Assembly: GCA_001938485.1 (NCBI GenBank) | Contig: MQRK01250505.1 | Span: forward strand, 12,567 to 66,996 | Origin: Girardia tigrina | Taxonomy: Eukaryota | Direction of reading: 5' to 3' | DNA length: 54,430 nt | In this document: piece by piece, positions 23,900 through 38,289 of the stretch | Layout: the number at the start of each line of letters is the position of its first letter | How positions within the stretch are numbered: position 1 is the stretch's first letter | The notes under the pieces: generated by a model | What the model saw: the letters and a program-made list of their open reading frames with translations, nothing else | Databases searched by the model: none | Told to the model about the DNA's origin: nothing | Position numbers and translations under genes: made by a program

Positions 23900-26800
23900 A
23901 CCAATATGTACGAACTACGTAAAATGGAAAGTGAGGAAACAGTGGCAGCATATACGACGTTAAATAAACAAGATAATTGGAACACCGTAACTAGACGCAA
24001 AGCTGTACACAATGAAAGAACCCGGTATATACATTACGAACACAACAATAGGAACCAAGGAAATAATGGATTCAAACCGAAAAGTAATTATTACAGAACT
24101 GTAAAATGTTATGCGTGACAAGAAGAAGGCCACATAAGAAGAGATTGCCCAAATGTGAAGTGTACTCACTGCAACAGAAATGGCCATTATAGAACTCAAT
24201 GTTATCTCAACAAGAATAGATTTCAGGAAAGAAAACAGTACAGTAGAAACAGCGATTGGAAGAAAGCAAATAATACAGCATTCCGTAATAGACCTCAAAA
24301 TCATCGATACCCAGTTGAGGAAATTGATGAATGCAATGACGACTGCAAATACGAAGAGATTAGATCAAATCAAGGAAAGATAATAAAAAGGGGGATCTCA
24401 GATAAGTGACAAAAGTATGAAAAGGATCAGGGAAACGAGGAGACACAATCACAAGGAGAGATGATCAATGTGCTTCATTAAGTGATGAAATTAAGTATGA
24501 TTTTGCGTGTGATTGTGTGTGTGAATGTGTGTGTGATATCATATGTAATAGTATGACTGGAAATAACTCCCTCGAAGTTTGTAAATTAGATTGTTGGAAA
24601 GAGGAATGTGAAGAAAACTATTTTAGTAGTAAAATGGAAGAAAAAAGAAACAAAACGAAGAATGAAGAACTTTTAACAATAACAAAACTTAACATTAAAT
24701 GTGACAAACTGGATGGTAGACCAAGTATAGATTTTTACATTAAAAATAGAGAAGTACACTGTCTTTTAGACACCGGTGCTAGAGTAAATGTGATTGAAGC
24801 AAGTTTAATTAAAAACATACTAAACATTAGGACTGGATAATCGCGAAGACGTTTAGTATGCGCAAATGCTTTGGAATTAATAAATTATGGAACAGTACTC
24901 TTGAAGATTAAAATTGAAGGGAACCAAAAGAATATAAAATTCTATGTTGTCAAAGGAATGAACCCAGAAATGATAGCAGGAGTGGACTTTTTGGATAATT
25001 TTGGGATAAAGCTGATGAAGAAATCAATACAAAATAGTGATATATTTATTATGAGGGATAGCCCATCCGATGAAGACAGATTGAAAAGGATAACAGACCT
25101 ATACGAGGTAAGGTCGATGATCAGTAGATGAACATGATAAAAAAGTTTAAGTCGATATTCATGGCAGATAAATGGGATATTGGAAAAACATCATTGACGA
25201 AACACAAAATAGAAACTAATGGTGAACCGGTGTTAGTAAAGCCGTATAGACAACCACGGCATTTTGATGAAAAATTAGACGAAGTTATTAAAAATTTTGA
25301 AGGAAAAGATATAATCAAAAAATGTAGTTCACCATGGAACTTTCCATTGGTATGCGTCTGGAAGAAAGAGAAACAAGAAATACGAGTGTGCATGGATTTT
25401 CGACAATTAAATAAAGTTACTCTTAGACCAGCATTCCCTATGCCAAATGTGGATGATATGTTGAACACATTGAATGGTGCAAAGTATTTCACAACAATTG
25501 ACTTGTGAAACGCATACTATCAAGTTGAACTTGATGGAAAATCAAAGATTAAAACGGCATTCTCGACAAAGAATGGTCAATATTGTTTTAAAAGAATGCC
25601 TTTCGGAATAGCAGCTTTCAAGAACTAATGGTAAAAATTCTTTGGGAATTGAACTGGAAGGAAGCAGTCATATATCTAGATGATATCTTGATATTTTCTA
25701 AAGACATAAAAGAACATCTACAAAGAATAAAAAATGTGTTTTAAAAAAGCAAAGAATCAGGTGTGAGGATAAATCCAGAGAAATGTCAATTTCTAGTAGA
25801 AAAGACCAAGCTTTTGTGCTACATAGTAAGTAAAAAATGGTATAGAAACAGGTTAAACAAAGATTGATGCGATTAACAAGTTTCAAAACCCATCATGTAT
25901 TAAATATCTAAGGAGTTTCTTGGGTTTGACAAATTATTACAAGAAATTCATAAAAGATTATGCAAGATATTCGAAAGTTTTAGAAGGCGTGTGTGGTAAA
26001 AACAAGGATAAGAAAATAATATGTACAAAAGAATGTGACGAAGCTTTTCATAGATTAAAAGAAAGAATGGTTCAAACTCCAATCTTGGCGTATCCAGACT
26101 TCGATAAAGAATTTATATTGGACACAGACGCAAGTTTCGATATGATTGGAGCAGTACTGTCACAAAAAGACTCGCGTGAAAGAGAAAGAGTTATTGCATA
26201 TGGTTCTCATAAGATGAATAAACATGAGCTTGATTATTGTATTACCAGAAAATTATTACTTGCGATATATTATTTTACTCAGCATTTTAAGCATTTCTTT
26301 TATGGAAAAAGATTCTTGTTGCGAACAGACCGCAAAGCTATTACGTTTACGATGACCACAAATTACCCAATAACACCGCAATTTCAAACATGGATAAATT
26401 TTCTCAGCGGTCTTGATATGAGAATGGAATACAGGAAAGGTGAAAGACATACAAATTTAGATGTTATGTAGAGAAACTCTTGTGACTTATGCAGTCAATG
26501 CCAAACAACACATGAAGAAGCGAAGAATGGAAAGATTAAAACTCGAATTCTAGCGTTTCATGAAGAACCAAATAGTTTCAAATGGCAGAATGATAATGAA
26601 GAAATCGAACAAATTAAGAAAGATTTGAAACAAGGAAGAAAAAATAAATTGAAACTGAAAGATGGCATTGTAGCAACGGAAAATAATAAGTATTGGATCC
26701 TGATAACAAATATAACTGATTTTATTGAAGATATGCATAAAATGTTATGTCATGCTGGGAGTAAAAAGGTTTTTAACTACCTCAGAGATCATTTTGATAT

Positions 26801-27300
26801 GGAAAATATGAGAGAAAAGATAAAAGAAGTTGTACAAAGTTGCATAAATTGTCAAAAGCGAAAAACACTAACTGCGAAAACAAAAGAAAGACATATTAAG
26901 CAATTTGCAGATGAACCTTTTCAGAAGATATATATCGATTTTTGTGGCCCATTCAGGAGAAATGTTAATGGATACCAGTATATTTTGGCGATAATTGATC
27001 AATTTAGCCGATATATTAGCCTGAATGCAGTTGCTCACCAAGACGAGAGAACGCTACGGAAAATATTGCTGGATAGATGGATATATAAATATGGACCACC
27101 TAAAGAAATCCATGTGGATAGAGGCCAAACATTTGAATCAGAACTATTTAAAGAAACACTGAAGAAGTTTAAGATAGAAGTATTTTATTCAAGCCCGTAT
27201 CACCACAATACCAATGGAATTATAGAACGACAATTTAGAACAATTAGAGATGCTCTTAATGTCAGAATAAAGGATGGAACACATAGGGATTGAACGGAAA
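23900..27300 (+). mobile_element. Ty3/Gypsy LTR retrotransposon internal region (gag-PR-RT-RNase H-IN), decayed
   Basis: Two CCHC knuckles (one is CTHCNRNGHYRTQC), LLDTGA, SPWNFP..RVCMDFRQLN, YLDD, DTDAS, integrase H..H..C..C, IDFCGP and NGIIER, in Gypsy domain order. Many stops and frameshifts. No LTR pair seen. Confidence 0.96.
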
Positions 27301-27419
27301 TATTGTTGTTAATGTTAACTTTGTTAAAAAGTTTTTTATAAATAAAGTCTTCTTTTCTAAAGAGTTATAACTTTTATCAAATTTAGAACATTAAGCTGCA
27401 AAATTAAACTTGGACGATG

Positions 27420-28490
27420 AATATGAGGATTTTGAAGAATGTTTGATGTCTGAATGATGAATGTTGATTTGCGATTGTGCCTCTCCTACCCTGATGGAGG
27501 ATTAATATTTTAATTCTTATTATCGGAAGTAATTGAATTAAAGTTTAATGTTTAAATTTCTTTTAAATTTTAAAATAAGTACACCAATTTAATATTTTTA
27601 AAAAATTAAAATTCATTTTAATTTTAACCAATGAAATTTATGAAATATATATTTTTTAAATATTCAAAAAACGAATTCAGATAATTTTAAATAATATATA
27701 GAAAAAAGCAAACCTACGAAATGCTTTGTAATAATTGTCCTGAGAACGAATCAATTTTTAATTTTAATAAAAGCTTCGAAAATGACACTATTGTTCTCAG
27801 TGATGCAATTTAAAAGAAAACATTTTATTTTCCTTGCAGTTTATATATTATATATTGTAAATAACTTATTACTTGAGTCTTCTAGAAAATTTTTATTTAT
27901 TTAATTTTGAATTACAAATGTAAGGTTACCTATTGCTTTTCTAGAAAAGGAAGAGAACATTTCTAGCTTAGAAAAGGGTAAATCATATATTAAGAACATT
28001 TAGACAAGTCTCGTTTGAATTTTTATTACAATCACATTTAGAGTCATTATGACTCTCAGAAAGTCTTTCATCGTTTGCCATCGTTCTAATTGGTTTTCTT
28101 AATTCTGTTTTTAATCATGATTATTCGAACAATTTTTCTAAATCATTTTTTAAAATATTTAACGTCTAAAAAATATTAATTAAAAATATTAATTTTTACC
28201 ATTTTTTAATAAAACCCAAAATAATAAAAATATTATCAAATTATTAAAAATGCATTTAAATTAAATTTTACTAAAAATATTAAACTTAATTTTAATTGAT
28301 AAATTAAAGATATGAACTTATAAAATGATTATTTTAATTATGTTCAAATAGTCAATCGCTTTAAATTTAAATAAAAAATACCAATTTCCATCTGGGTGGG
28401 AGAATCACCATTCTAAATTCAACATACTTATATCAATATACAAAATCAATGCATTTACACATTCAAACAATTTTAAATATTCCTCACATC
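27420..28490. repeat. Head-to-head pair of family X repeats
   Basis: Minus copy at ~27420-27800 (CTCTCCTACCCTGATGGA). Plus copy at 27988-28490 (TATTAAGAAC...TTCCATCTGGGTGGGAGAA). Confidence 0.7.
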
Positions 28491-28606
28491 ATATATAACC
28501 ATTCATATTCAGAATAAATATGTACGTAAATGTAAAATATAATTATAAAATAAAAATTGTATTTACAATAAAAATATTGTGAAATCAGATATAAAAATTA
28601 ATTTGT

Positions 28607-29035
28607 AACTAGTAAATGAAAAAAAATTTTAATCCATCCTTCATGCGGACAGAACTTTTTTGTAATCTTTTGTAGAAGGGAAAATTACTATTACATTTTT
28701 AATCAATTTATTATGTTGTTAGCAACTATTAAAATATTTTGTAGAAAAGAAAATTTCATACAAAAAAAATTTACAACTCCATCTTGCTATTAAATAGTTG
28801 CGAATAACAATAAATTTACTATAAAGCACGGAAGGAAAAAGACCAAACATTTCTATTTAATACAGTTTAAACATTTGTGGATAATCATAAAACAGTTTTT
28901 TACAAAAATTATTTTCGATTTACTAATTTGATCAAATTTTCACATAATCATTTGTTGTCATAGAGAAAATTGATTTAGTAAAAAGCTTTCAAAAATATGT
29001 TTCTAAATTCCATGGATACATATATTTATATATAT
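28607..29035 (-). mobile_element. Helitron-like non-autonomous repeat (family B)
   Basis: Shares ACTAGTAAAT...CAGAACTTT and TTTCTAAATTCCATGGATA ends with 37731-38092 and 42828-43173. Confidence 0.55.
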
Positions 29036-29625
29036 AAAGAATGGAAAAAAATTAACATTTTTATGTAAGAGAGAAAAATATGCGCTCCTCAAACCTTTTA
29101 TTTTGGTTTAAATCATAGTTTTAAAAACCGTTACTTTGAGTTTTCTCTTCTTTGTAGGGGGGAATGAAATGGAAATCGTCCCTTATTTAATTCAAAAATT
29201 CCCATTATTTGTATGTCATGAGTAACAGTGATCAAGGATCATTAGTAAACTATCAATAGTTAAAAATGTAGATGTTGCAGTAGAGGGCATTTCAGTTCCT
29301 TTAAGTTTCCCATTGTTACCGTAATTGTACTTTACTTAGCCTAGAAATTTTGAATAATATTAATCCTTTATTGCTTAGTTATTGTGAAAATAAGGGATTA
29401 ATAATATTCCTTAAGCAGCCCAAAGACTCACATCACCATTGATAAACTATGCTCTGTTCTCTCAATCGATTGAAAATATTGATCTGGTATTATTTATTGA
29501 TAACTTCCGAGCGCAGAGGTTCACCATGTCGGATGAGATGCAGACGTTGTCCATGGTCCACTATTTTTATGTTATGAGATGTTTTTAATTCCTAAAACAA
29601 TTTAGAGGCGTACTTTAGACTACTA

Positions 29626-30410
29626 TTAGGTTGACCTAACCATACGTAATGGTTTTCAGGACACCGTAATTTATGACCGGTAAATAAAAAAAATGAAACA
29701 ATGCATAAAAACAAATACATTTCGCCATTAAGTATGTATAAGTTCTCAATCAAGAAATCAAAATGGAGTTTAAGTAAAAATTATTGAATCAATCAAATAA
29801 GTTTATATCAAATTTACTGCTTTGTAAGACTGGTCTAAATTTATTCCAAAGGTTTGGATAATACGGGGATCGCTGAAAGTACAGTAAGAAAATGGATGAT
29901 TCGAATTAAGAGTGAAGACATCGATGTTAATGAGTAAAGATGTTGTTCTCGATGCGACAAATCTTTCAAAGAAGACCGAATAGCGAAAAACAAAAGTTTT
30001 TTCAATGACAGCAGACATTGTAACCTTAGTACAATTTCGTTGCAGTTTGACATCCCTAGATCTACCATTCAAAAACTTTTTCGTGATGCTTTACAAATGA
30101 AATTAACTGGGTAAATGGATTCAACATTAAATAACAGAAGCACGAAAAGAATATCGTATTTTGGCTTGTAGATCAAACTATGATCGCTATACACAAGCTA
30201 ATCTACTCCTAAAGCGGGCTCTTACTATTGATGAGAGCTGCGTTTCTCGGTATATGGCAACAGATAAGTCCGAACAACTAGTTTGGCTGCTCTTTGACGA
30301 GCCATGCCATACTGTGCTTCGAGAAGACTTACACGGGAATAAATTTTTGCTAATAATTTAAAAGGATTTTTGTGGAATCTGCTTCTGGCAACTTTTATCT
30401 GAGAGAACAA
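29626..30410 (+). mobile_element. Mariner 5' remnant
   Basis: TA+TTAGGTTG terminus; STVRKW HTH-like segment and LTIDES first catalytic Asp. Heavily disrupted. Confidence 0.7.
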
Positions 30411-32175
30411 CAGTCTTATTAAGGATTAATATTGATTAAACTATATAAGCCAAAAGGCTTAGTAATGATAAACGTATCCTGATAATTAATTAACTTTATT
30501 TATATATTTGTTATATTTTATATTATAAAATAAAAGTTTAATAAATAAGTACATAAATTATTTTTTTATAAAAAATATTCAGGAAGCGTATTTCAAAGTC
30601 CGATGCTCAGCACCAGTCTCTCATTCTCTCTAAATATCTACTTCTATTTTCCTGGAAAATAATTGCTTTAAATTATATAAATTTGAGAATTGTATCTTGA
30701 TATAAGAAAATTGAAGAATTTTAAATAAAGTATTTTTTAATAATTATAATTTACCATTCAATATAGAACGATTCGCAGTGCAATGTTGAAAATTATTCCT
30801 TTGCATATTACATTAATTACCAAAACATTTTTGGAAATAATATCATATTATACATGTGGATCCAAAAGTCTCTTCTGAATTGTAAGGCTACATTGTATCT
30901 ATTGTATCCCTGAGTCTATTTCTAACAAATACTTGACTGTAATAAATAAAAAATATGAATATTATAATAAATATTTATTTAACGAATAACGATTATAACG
31001 GAAGGTGAACAAAGAAGTTGATATAGACCCCGAAACGTGAAATATAGTAGTATAGGAAATCGGTTAATAAAATAACAAACATCTTTACTTTGATCACGAA
31101 AATCTTGTAAATTTAACTGTATTGATCTTCACTATTTCGATGTTCAATATTGCTAGAGTTAAGTTATTCATTTATTAGAATTGTCTTCTATGTTCTTGTT
31201 TCTTAATAATCATAGTCCTATGAAAACTTCTTCTTTTAAATGTACGATATATATGGATAATTCTTGTTAAAAATGAACCGTGTAGATTTGTTTGTTAGAT
31301 TAGGAGATTGTACGATTGTTAGATAGGCGAACTGATAGAGTGATTCGATATTTAACCTTTTAGTTGATAAAAATGTTCAAGATCGCAAATTATAATCTCC
31401 AAACAAAAATAAAATTTATATTAATAAATTTTAAAAAAATTTTTAATTGATATTATCGATTTTTTTAAAATTTTTAATTATTTCTGTAATATATTATCAT
31501 CATAACGACGTAATTTTGTTATGATGAATATAAAATGTAATTATCAATATAAATNNNNNNNNNNNNNNNNNNNNNNNNNNNNNNNNNNNNNNNNNNNNNN
31601 NNNNNNNNNNNNNNNNNNNNNNNNNNNNNNNNNNNNNNNNNNNNNNNNNNNNNNNNNNNNNNNNNNNNNNNNNNNNNNNNNNNNNNNNNNNNNNNNNNNN
31701 NNNNNACACAAGAAGCCTTGTTATATAAAATTTACCTTATCTCAACATGAGCACCATTATGAGCAATACATTTCTCAAATCTACTTTTATATATAAATAT
31801 TAAAATATGGAAATATAAATAAATAAATACAGCATCTTCAAGCAATCTTTGTGTTATTTGAGAACACTTATTTTAAAAACTTTTTTTCAAGCAGTGCTTC
31901 AAACATAGCCACTCTAGTTCCTGTAAGACTTGTCTTGGAATGGTAGCAATTTGGGACTTTCTTTTAATGTCCTTTGAATTGATGGGTTTTTTTATTTTAT
32001 TTTATTTCTTCTTATGTTTATCTTAACATTATCACCACTTGGTAATACATCACCAATTGCAACTTTTCTTTCTCTTCACTCGTTATTCCACTTCTTTAAT
32101 GGTCATTATTGTATGATACTATGATATATTATTATATATTATACTACATGATATTGCTATAACATAAAGTTACTA

Positions 32176-32540
32176 CATTTGGTGATTGCAGGATGTGGTC
32201 ACGACGTGGCCACAGAGCCCCGGTGGCGGGAATGTGGGACCCCGAGACGAGGGAAGAGAGATACGCCAAAGACTAACTAAACTTTTCGAATTCATCGAGT
32301 CCATTGCACGGTACGACTTTGCGACGATTTCTATTTTCATCGTCACTCGAACCTTGGCATACAGTTAATTTATTTGTATCGGTCGATCGAGCAAATAAAC
32401 TGGTTCTGATAAATCTATTATTGAGTATTAGTAATGGAGACCGAAAAGCCGTTCGAGAATGCTCATTTGTTGCAAATTCAGTTAGTGCAAGACGATGATC
32501 ACCGATGATCTCCGGTAACTTTTTCCCATTCATTTAGTGA
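32176..32540. mobile_element. Probable LTR-retrotransposon debris
   Basis: ACA-TTTGGTGA LTR-end/PBS-like junction on the plus strand. On the minus strand, HSRTAFRSPLLILNNRFIRTSL resembles a Gypsy integrase C-terminal segment. Confidence 0.35.
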
Positions 32541-32559
32541 ACTTCACGCTATTTTCTGG

Positions 32560-33400
32560 GAATTCTTAGGAACTTTTTTTCTGGGAATTTTCACTTTCTT
32601 GTACATTTCTAGAAAATATTTTGTTTTGTCAGCTATTTTTAAAAAGAATTAATATTATTTCAAAACTTAAGGACGATCATTTAGAGTATGAATCACAAAA
32701 AATAAATGAATGGAAACTTGAAAGATCAACAAGTTTCTGAATTATTTAATTTATTATTTATTGATTTATAAAAAAAGAAAAAAATAGATATCTGCTTCCT
32801 GGAAACATACGTTGAGGAGAAGATAATTCCAAGTTTTATTTTCAAATCAAAGCTCCGCGAATGCCTACAAAGTGAAGATATCAGAATGATCCACAGAAGG
32901 ATGCTTGGAAGACTGATCGAGAAAGAAAAAAGAGTGAGAAACGACATTATGAAGGCGCTGACAATAATTCGATTCGCCTTATATGATGCCGGTTGGGATT
33001 TTTGTTTTCGTTTATTTGTTATCATGTCTATCAATAATTCTAATAATTTAAATAAAAGTAAATTTGCTGCACATAATAAGAAATTAAATAATTTAAGAAA
33101 ATTAGTTAATATTAGTAATTTCAAGATTCTGTGTAAGCATTTTGATAGTTATTGAGAGAGGGTCATGTGAAGCATTGTTAATTAGGTCACGTTGCCCTAA
33201 AATCAATGTTCAATTGGCAGTCTCAACTAGCTTATTGAGAATTTTTGATTAGCATGATTTCATGCAACCGATTACATAATCATTATTTTGTATTTATATA
33301 CAGGTGAATTGATTATTAATTAGTGACCTGAAGATGACGGTTGATCCGTCGTAATATATTATCTTTAAATATATTTTTTAATGGATGAGTTTTGTTTTTA
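32560..33400 (+). mobile_element. Internally deleted Penelope-like element
   Basis: N-terminal-like CFLETYVEEKIIPSF joined to a C-terminal EALLIRSRCPKINVQ, followed by a hammerhead-like motif. Confidence 0.7.
33325..33363 (+). ncRNA. Hammerhead-like motif with mutated core
   Basis: CUGAAGA, stem II GACGG/CCGUC, and GUAA in place of GAAA. Confidence 0.55.
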
Positions 33401-34269
33401 AAAGAAAATCATCATCCGGATTTCCTTTTATCTATAAAAAAATGTTTGACAATTAAACATATAAAAATAATTACTTTATATAATTAGAGTTTATTTTAAA
33501 ATGTGATGATAATAATAATAAAATACGTAAAGTAAATCGTATTGAGGCTGCCAGTTGAGTATGGTTGAACCAGCATCTGTTTTTGTCATTCTATTAAAAT
33601 GAGTAATAAATTTTTTGTCTCCGAAACTTTAAAATTATTTTGCGACTATATCGTGAATTTTCTGAAATCTTTCTCTTGTCACTGAATTTGGATGATTATT
33701 TATTTATTATTTTTTAAATTAAGTATAATGTGATATTTATTTAGTTTTACAATTTCTTAAATTTAACATATATCGTTCTATCGTACTATTTTCTAAAGGA
33801 ACGAACCCCTTTAAAGTCATCTGTCATAAAATTATTTTATTAATTAGCTAAACTATCTTGTCCATCTAAATCCAAAAATTTAGCTATTAGAACCGAAATT
33901 CTAATTGGCGTTATTCGAATCGTCATTTCAATGTCAAAACGACTATTGCAATTTAGGATGAATTTTGCACTAATTCTAACGAAACGCGTGCGCTGTTGAA
34001 AATACATAAAAAGATTCTTTAAATAATTCAACAAATAAAAGGAAGAATCTTGATTGAAATCGTTTATTGTTGTATTTACACTTGTGTGGGTATTTTTAAA
34101 ATAGCCGAGCATTTTATTTCTGGTTCAAACAAACATGACTTTTTTGTTTAAAATCAAAATACTATACAGACATAAAATTTACATGCTGGTAATTGTAACA
34201 TAAAAAAATAATAAATATAAACTACATTTTACATATAAATATTATTTCCATTTATTTTGGATTAAAAAT

Positions 34270-35920
34270 GCAATTTACGAATTTGAAAAATCTCGTTATT
34301 CGAACAGATAATGTTGAATAACACAACATTACCCATTGCGTTTCAGATAAAGTTTCTGTTTTCAATATTAACGGAGACGCATAAATGTGGTTCACTGATT
34401 GAAAGGTATGAAAGGGTAGACATTATTTAATAATGAACTCCAAATATATGGAAAATGGAAAGTAAATAGGATTATTAACTAAAGTTCCACTGAGTAACAT
34501 CGAATTTGTGGCATATTCAGATAGAATATTTAAAGCCAAAGTCAAAATAGTCAAGCTAATATTAGGAAAGGTATGCGTTTCTACAGATAGTGGTTATGAT
34601 GATGAATTGAAAGCGATATTCTGCGAATGTCTACACGCTATAAGGCACAAATTAAAGCAATTACTCTCAAATATGACTTATTACTTGGGGAAAACTTTAA
34701 CTGTAGTGTTCATTTTGAGGTTAATTATGCCTCTGACAATGGAGACAGGCTGATCTTGCTTGCAGAAAACAATAGAATGAAGACAGGAAAAACATTTTAT
34801 ATACATTTGTTAATTAAATATATATGCGAAGCTACTGGACTTCTTTGTCGTAGTGAAAAAGGACATCGGAAAAGCCAAAGATATTCACAAAAAATATCAA
34901 TATGACTGTGAATGGAATCATGAGTGATCACAAATGTTTATAAAACAATAATCATTTTTTACGAAAAACTCATGTCATATAATTATGTTTTTTATTTTTA
35001 ATTTTTAAAACACATTCTCTATGAATATCTTTTTATTTAAAATTTGAATCCGGAAATATTATTTTAAAAAAGAATGAAAAACTGCCGAAAGAACGGGCCA
35101 CATCTAAAAGGATGGAGTCTAGATCATAGGTTTCCAGAAAAGTCAGGTAGTTGAAAACGGAACGCATAATCATTATAAGCGATTAAGTTGAAAAATTTAT
35201 TGAAAATGGAAATTTCAAAAAGAATGGCCAAGACTCTGAGCTCACAAGGAATCTTAGATAAATATGTTATTAACGCATGTGTCGAAGATTGCGAACGAAG
35301 AATTGCAAAAGAATTAACAAAATTTTTTCAAGCCAGACCTCTCATTGAGTTGACTGATATGACTGGTTTTTACAATATGTCCGTGTTAGATGAAAGTCGC
35401 CAATCGTTAAAGACGTACAATTATTAGTACAACACTTAATCAATGAAGAAAGGACCCAGAACAGATAGGGTGATTGCTGAGATTGTCAAGTAGACAAGAA
35501 ACTCAGTATTCAGGAAACTTGAAAATGATTTTGAATTTATTTAGAATGGAAGCTGAAACACATTTCTGACTGAACGGAAGTCAGCAATAGTAACAACTAT
35601 TTTCAAAAGGAAATGCATTCCATCAGATGCTAACAATTGCTGTGGCATATTTACACTAGAAGGTATTCATAAAGTATTTGCAAGAATTATTAGATCAATG
35701 GAAATTTTGCTTTCAAATCTTGAAGAGGCACAATAGAGGTAATTAGTACTAGAAGGAAGTATATGTAATCTTTATCGACTTGGAGAAAGATTTTGACAGT
35801 GTACATGGTGAGGTTCACTGAGCATACTTAAAAAGACTAGGAATTTCGGAAATGATAGTCAATCTAATAATCTAATACAGCATTTTGACAAGGATTTTAC
35901 AACTTTTATTATAGATTGCG
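34270..35920 (+). mobile_element. RTE-like LINE remnant: AP endonuclease and start of RT
   Basis: SDRI, LLLGENFNCSV, DNGDRLILLAENN..TGKTFY, then KSAIVTTIFK...DANNCCGI.TL..IHKVFARII. Confidence 0.75.
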
Positions 35921-35948
35921 AGTTCAAAATGAATATCTATGATAGATA

Positions 35949-36195
35949 CAGTGCGTTTCATTTAACAACAGCAGTATACAAAATTCTAACCTTAAAAAAA
36001 TTGGTTGAATATAATTATCCAATGAAATAATAGTTGAAGATCTTTTAACAATAACATTTACTATAGGAATTTAAGTTACACACACTCACACAAGCATATA
36101 CACACANNNNNNNNNNNNNNNNNNNNNNNNNNNACATCAAAACACACAACATTTTAGGGTCATTTAACAATTTAAGGCTCTTTTAACAACAGTAT
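35949..36195 (-). mobile_element. Second copy of the CAGTGCGTTTC MITE
   Basis: TIR at 35949; the interior is the reverse complement of ~9430-9620. Confidence 0.75.
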
Positions 36196-36640
36196 CTCAG
36201 AAAAGTTAATAAAATGAATTATGAATTGGAAACCATTTCTTCGGTGTCAGACAATAATACTGACCCAGTAATGGATGTTTCTCATGAAATTCATGCTAAA
36301 AAGAAACGAAAATCGTAAGATGTTTAAACTTTTTACTTGATTTATTTCCTCATTTTTCAGAGTTTCTAAGAATGACAAAGAGAGAATTNNNNNNNNNNNN
36401 NNNNNNNNNNNNNNNNNNNNNNNNNNNNNNNNNNNNNNNNNNNNNNNNNNNNNNNNNNNNNNNNNNNNNNNNNNNNNNNNNNNNNNNNNNNNNNNNNNNN
36501 NNNNNNNNNNNNNNNNNNNNNNNNNNNNNNNNNNNNNNNNNNNNNNNNNNNNNNNNNNNNNNNNNNNNNNNNNNNNNNNNNNNNNNNNNNNNNNNNNNNN
36601 NNNNNNNNNNNNNNNNNNNNNNNNNNNNNNNNNNNNNNNN

Positions 36641-37197
36641 ATCAATCGTTCGATAGGATCGATCCGAGAAATCATCGATCATCGAGATTAGTAACGACGA
36701 CGACGACGAGGACGAATCGATCAGTTCTCCCGCTGCTCCTCCGCCATCGTCGTCGCCACCGGCTTCAAATAGCGACAATCGATCGATTGTCGGCCAGAAA
36801 CTACCGGATCGTGTGCTCTCGCCTCCAGTCCGTGCAGGTGCCCGTCGTCCGCCAGTTAATCGATCGCTCGCTTTACTCGATTGTCACCGTGGTCGACCTG
36901 GACCGCCTGACCCGGCTCACAGTCCGCTGCGCGCGCTCGTATCGCGACACGGGCGCGCTCGGTGCGCACATCGACTGATTGATTGACCGATTGATATCGC
37001 TGCTGTAAATAAATTCCCAGTTACAATCAACGATTGTGGTCCTAATGAGAACCGGTTCACTTTCTCTGGTGTTGCTCAGCTCGAAGACCACCATCAAATG
37101 GAGGTTACAATCAACGATTGTGGCCCTAATGAGGACTGGTTCACTTTCTCCGGCATTGCACTTCTCGAAGACCGCCGTCGCCGATGTCGTTATAACA
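36641..37197 (+). mobile_element. GC-rich probable solo LTR (5' part lost in a gap)
   Basis: Abrupt GC/CpG-rich block with AATAAA at ~37008, an internal ~83-bp duplication (37020-37092 / 37103-37175), and a ...ATAACA end. Confidence 0.55.
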
Positions 37198-37730
37198 ATC
37201 GGTTGAAAATAAAATGAGATTGTAAAAATGAAATTAATCGACAGTACATAAAATTATATCATAAAATTGAATAACATTCAATTTTATAATATAACATTAT
37301 ATAAGTCTTGCAATTTTTTATAACAGTACATTAAAGCAATCATAAAGCAAAATTATGATTGCTTTTACTGTTATTAAATGTGCACGTTATAACATTTTGC
37401 TGTTGTTAAATGAAACGCACTGTATAATATCTCTCGATATTAATTTTCCTTATTTTATTCTGCACCAGTACGTCTGTTTTTGGTCGGTTGTCTGTGTTGT
37501 GTTTTCGCGTATTTAAACTCTTGCCATCGCATCTGGTGTCACAGTCTTTGTTTTGTGTGCATTCTTGTTCGTATCCTGTACGAAATATTTTTAGTTCATA
37601 TATTACGTGTCTACTTATAATTTTTGGATGCAACTTTTATTGGTACATATTATATTTGTATTTTGTAAATTTTATTATTTATTTTTGTTGGTCAAGAACC
37701 AAGATGAAGTGATTTATGAGAAGGAAATCA

Positions 37731-38092
37731 AACTAGTAAATCAAAAAATTAATTTTTTTATATCCATTCTTTCTGCAGACAGAACTTTTCTTTGCCAACA
37801 AAGTTTTTAAAATTTAAAAAATTTAAAATAATTTAATTAAAAAACATTAAAAATTAATATAAACTACTTATAATTTATAATATCTTTGTTTGTTTGGAAT
37901 TTGGAATTGTTTGGAACTCCGAATTTTCCGTTTTTTTCCCATTTTGGGATCTTAATAAGATTTTTTCGATCAAATTTTTACATAATCATTTATTGTCATC
38001 GAGAATGAATAAGTGCGAAGTTTGAAGAAATTGACTGAGTAACAGACCGTCAAAAACAGGTTTCTAAATTCCATGGATATATATATATATAA
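37731..38092 (-). mobile_element. Helitron-like family B copy
   Basis: Reverse-complement homolog of 42828-43173, with a (TA)n start and CTAGT end. Confidence 0.65.
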
Positions 38093-38289
38093 CTATACAG
38101 AAAGTAAGCTAATAAAAAGAATGGAAGAAAAAAGATCAAGAAACCTTACAAACCAATTGGAATTAATAAAAAATAATTCTATAACATTGAAAGTATCAGA
38201 CCAACCCAAGATATTTAAATCATCAAATCAAAAATCTAATAATCCCTACTCAAAATCCGATGATTTATTCATTTCGATGCAGTGATAAA

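Noticed and set aside
36247-36778. Long ORFs containing X runs (also at 20615-21167, 31500-31796 and 44951-45157)
   Set aside because: Their length comes from translating N gaps.
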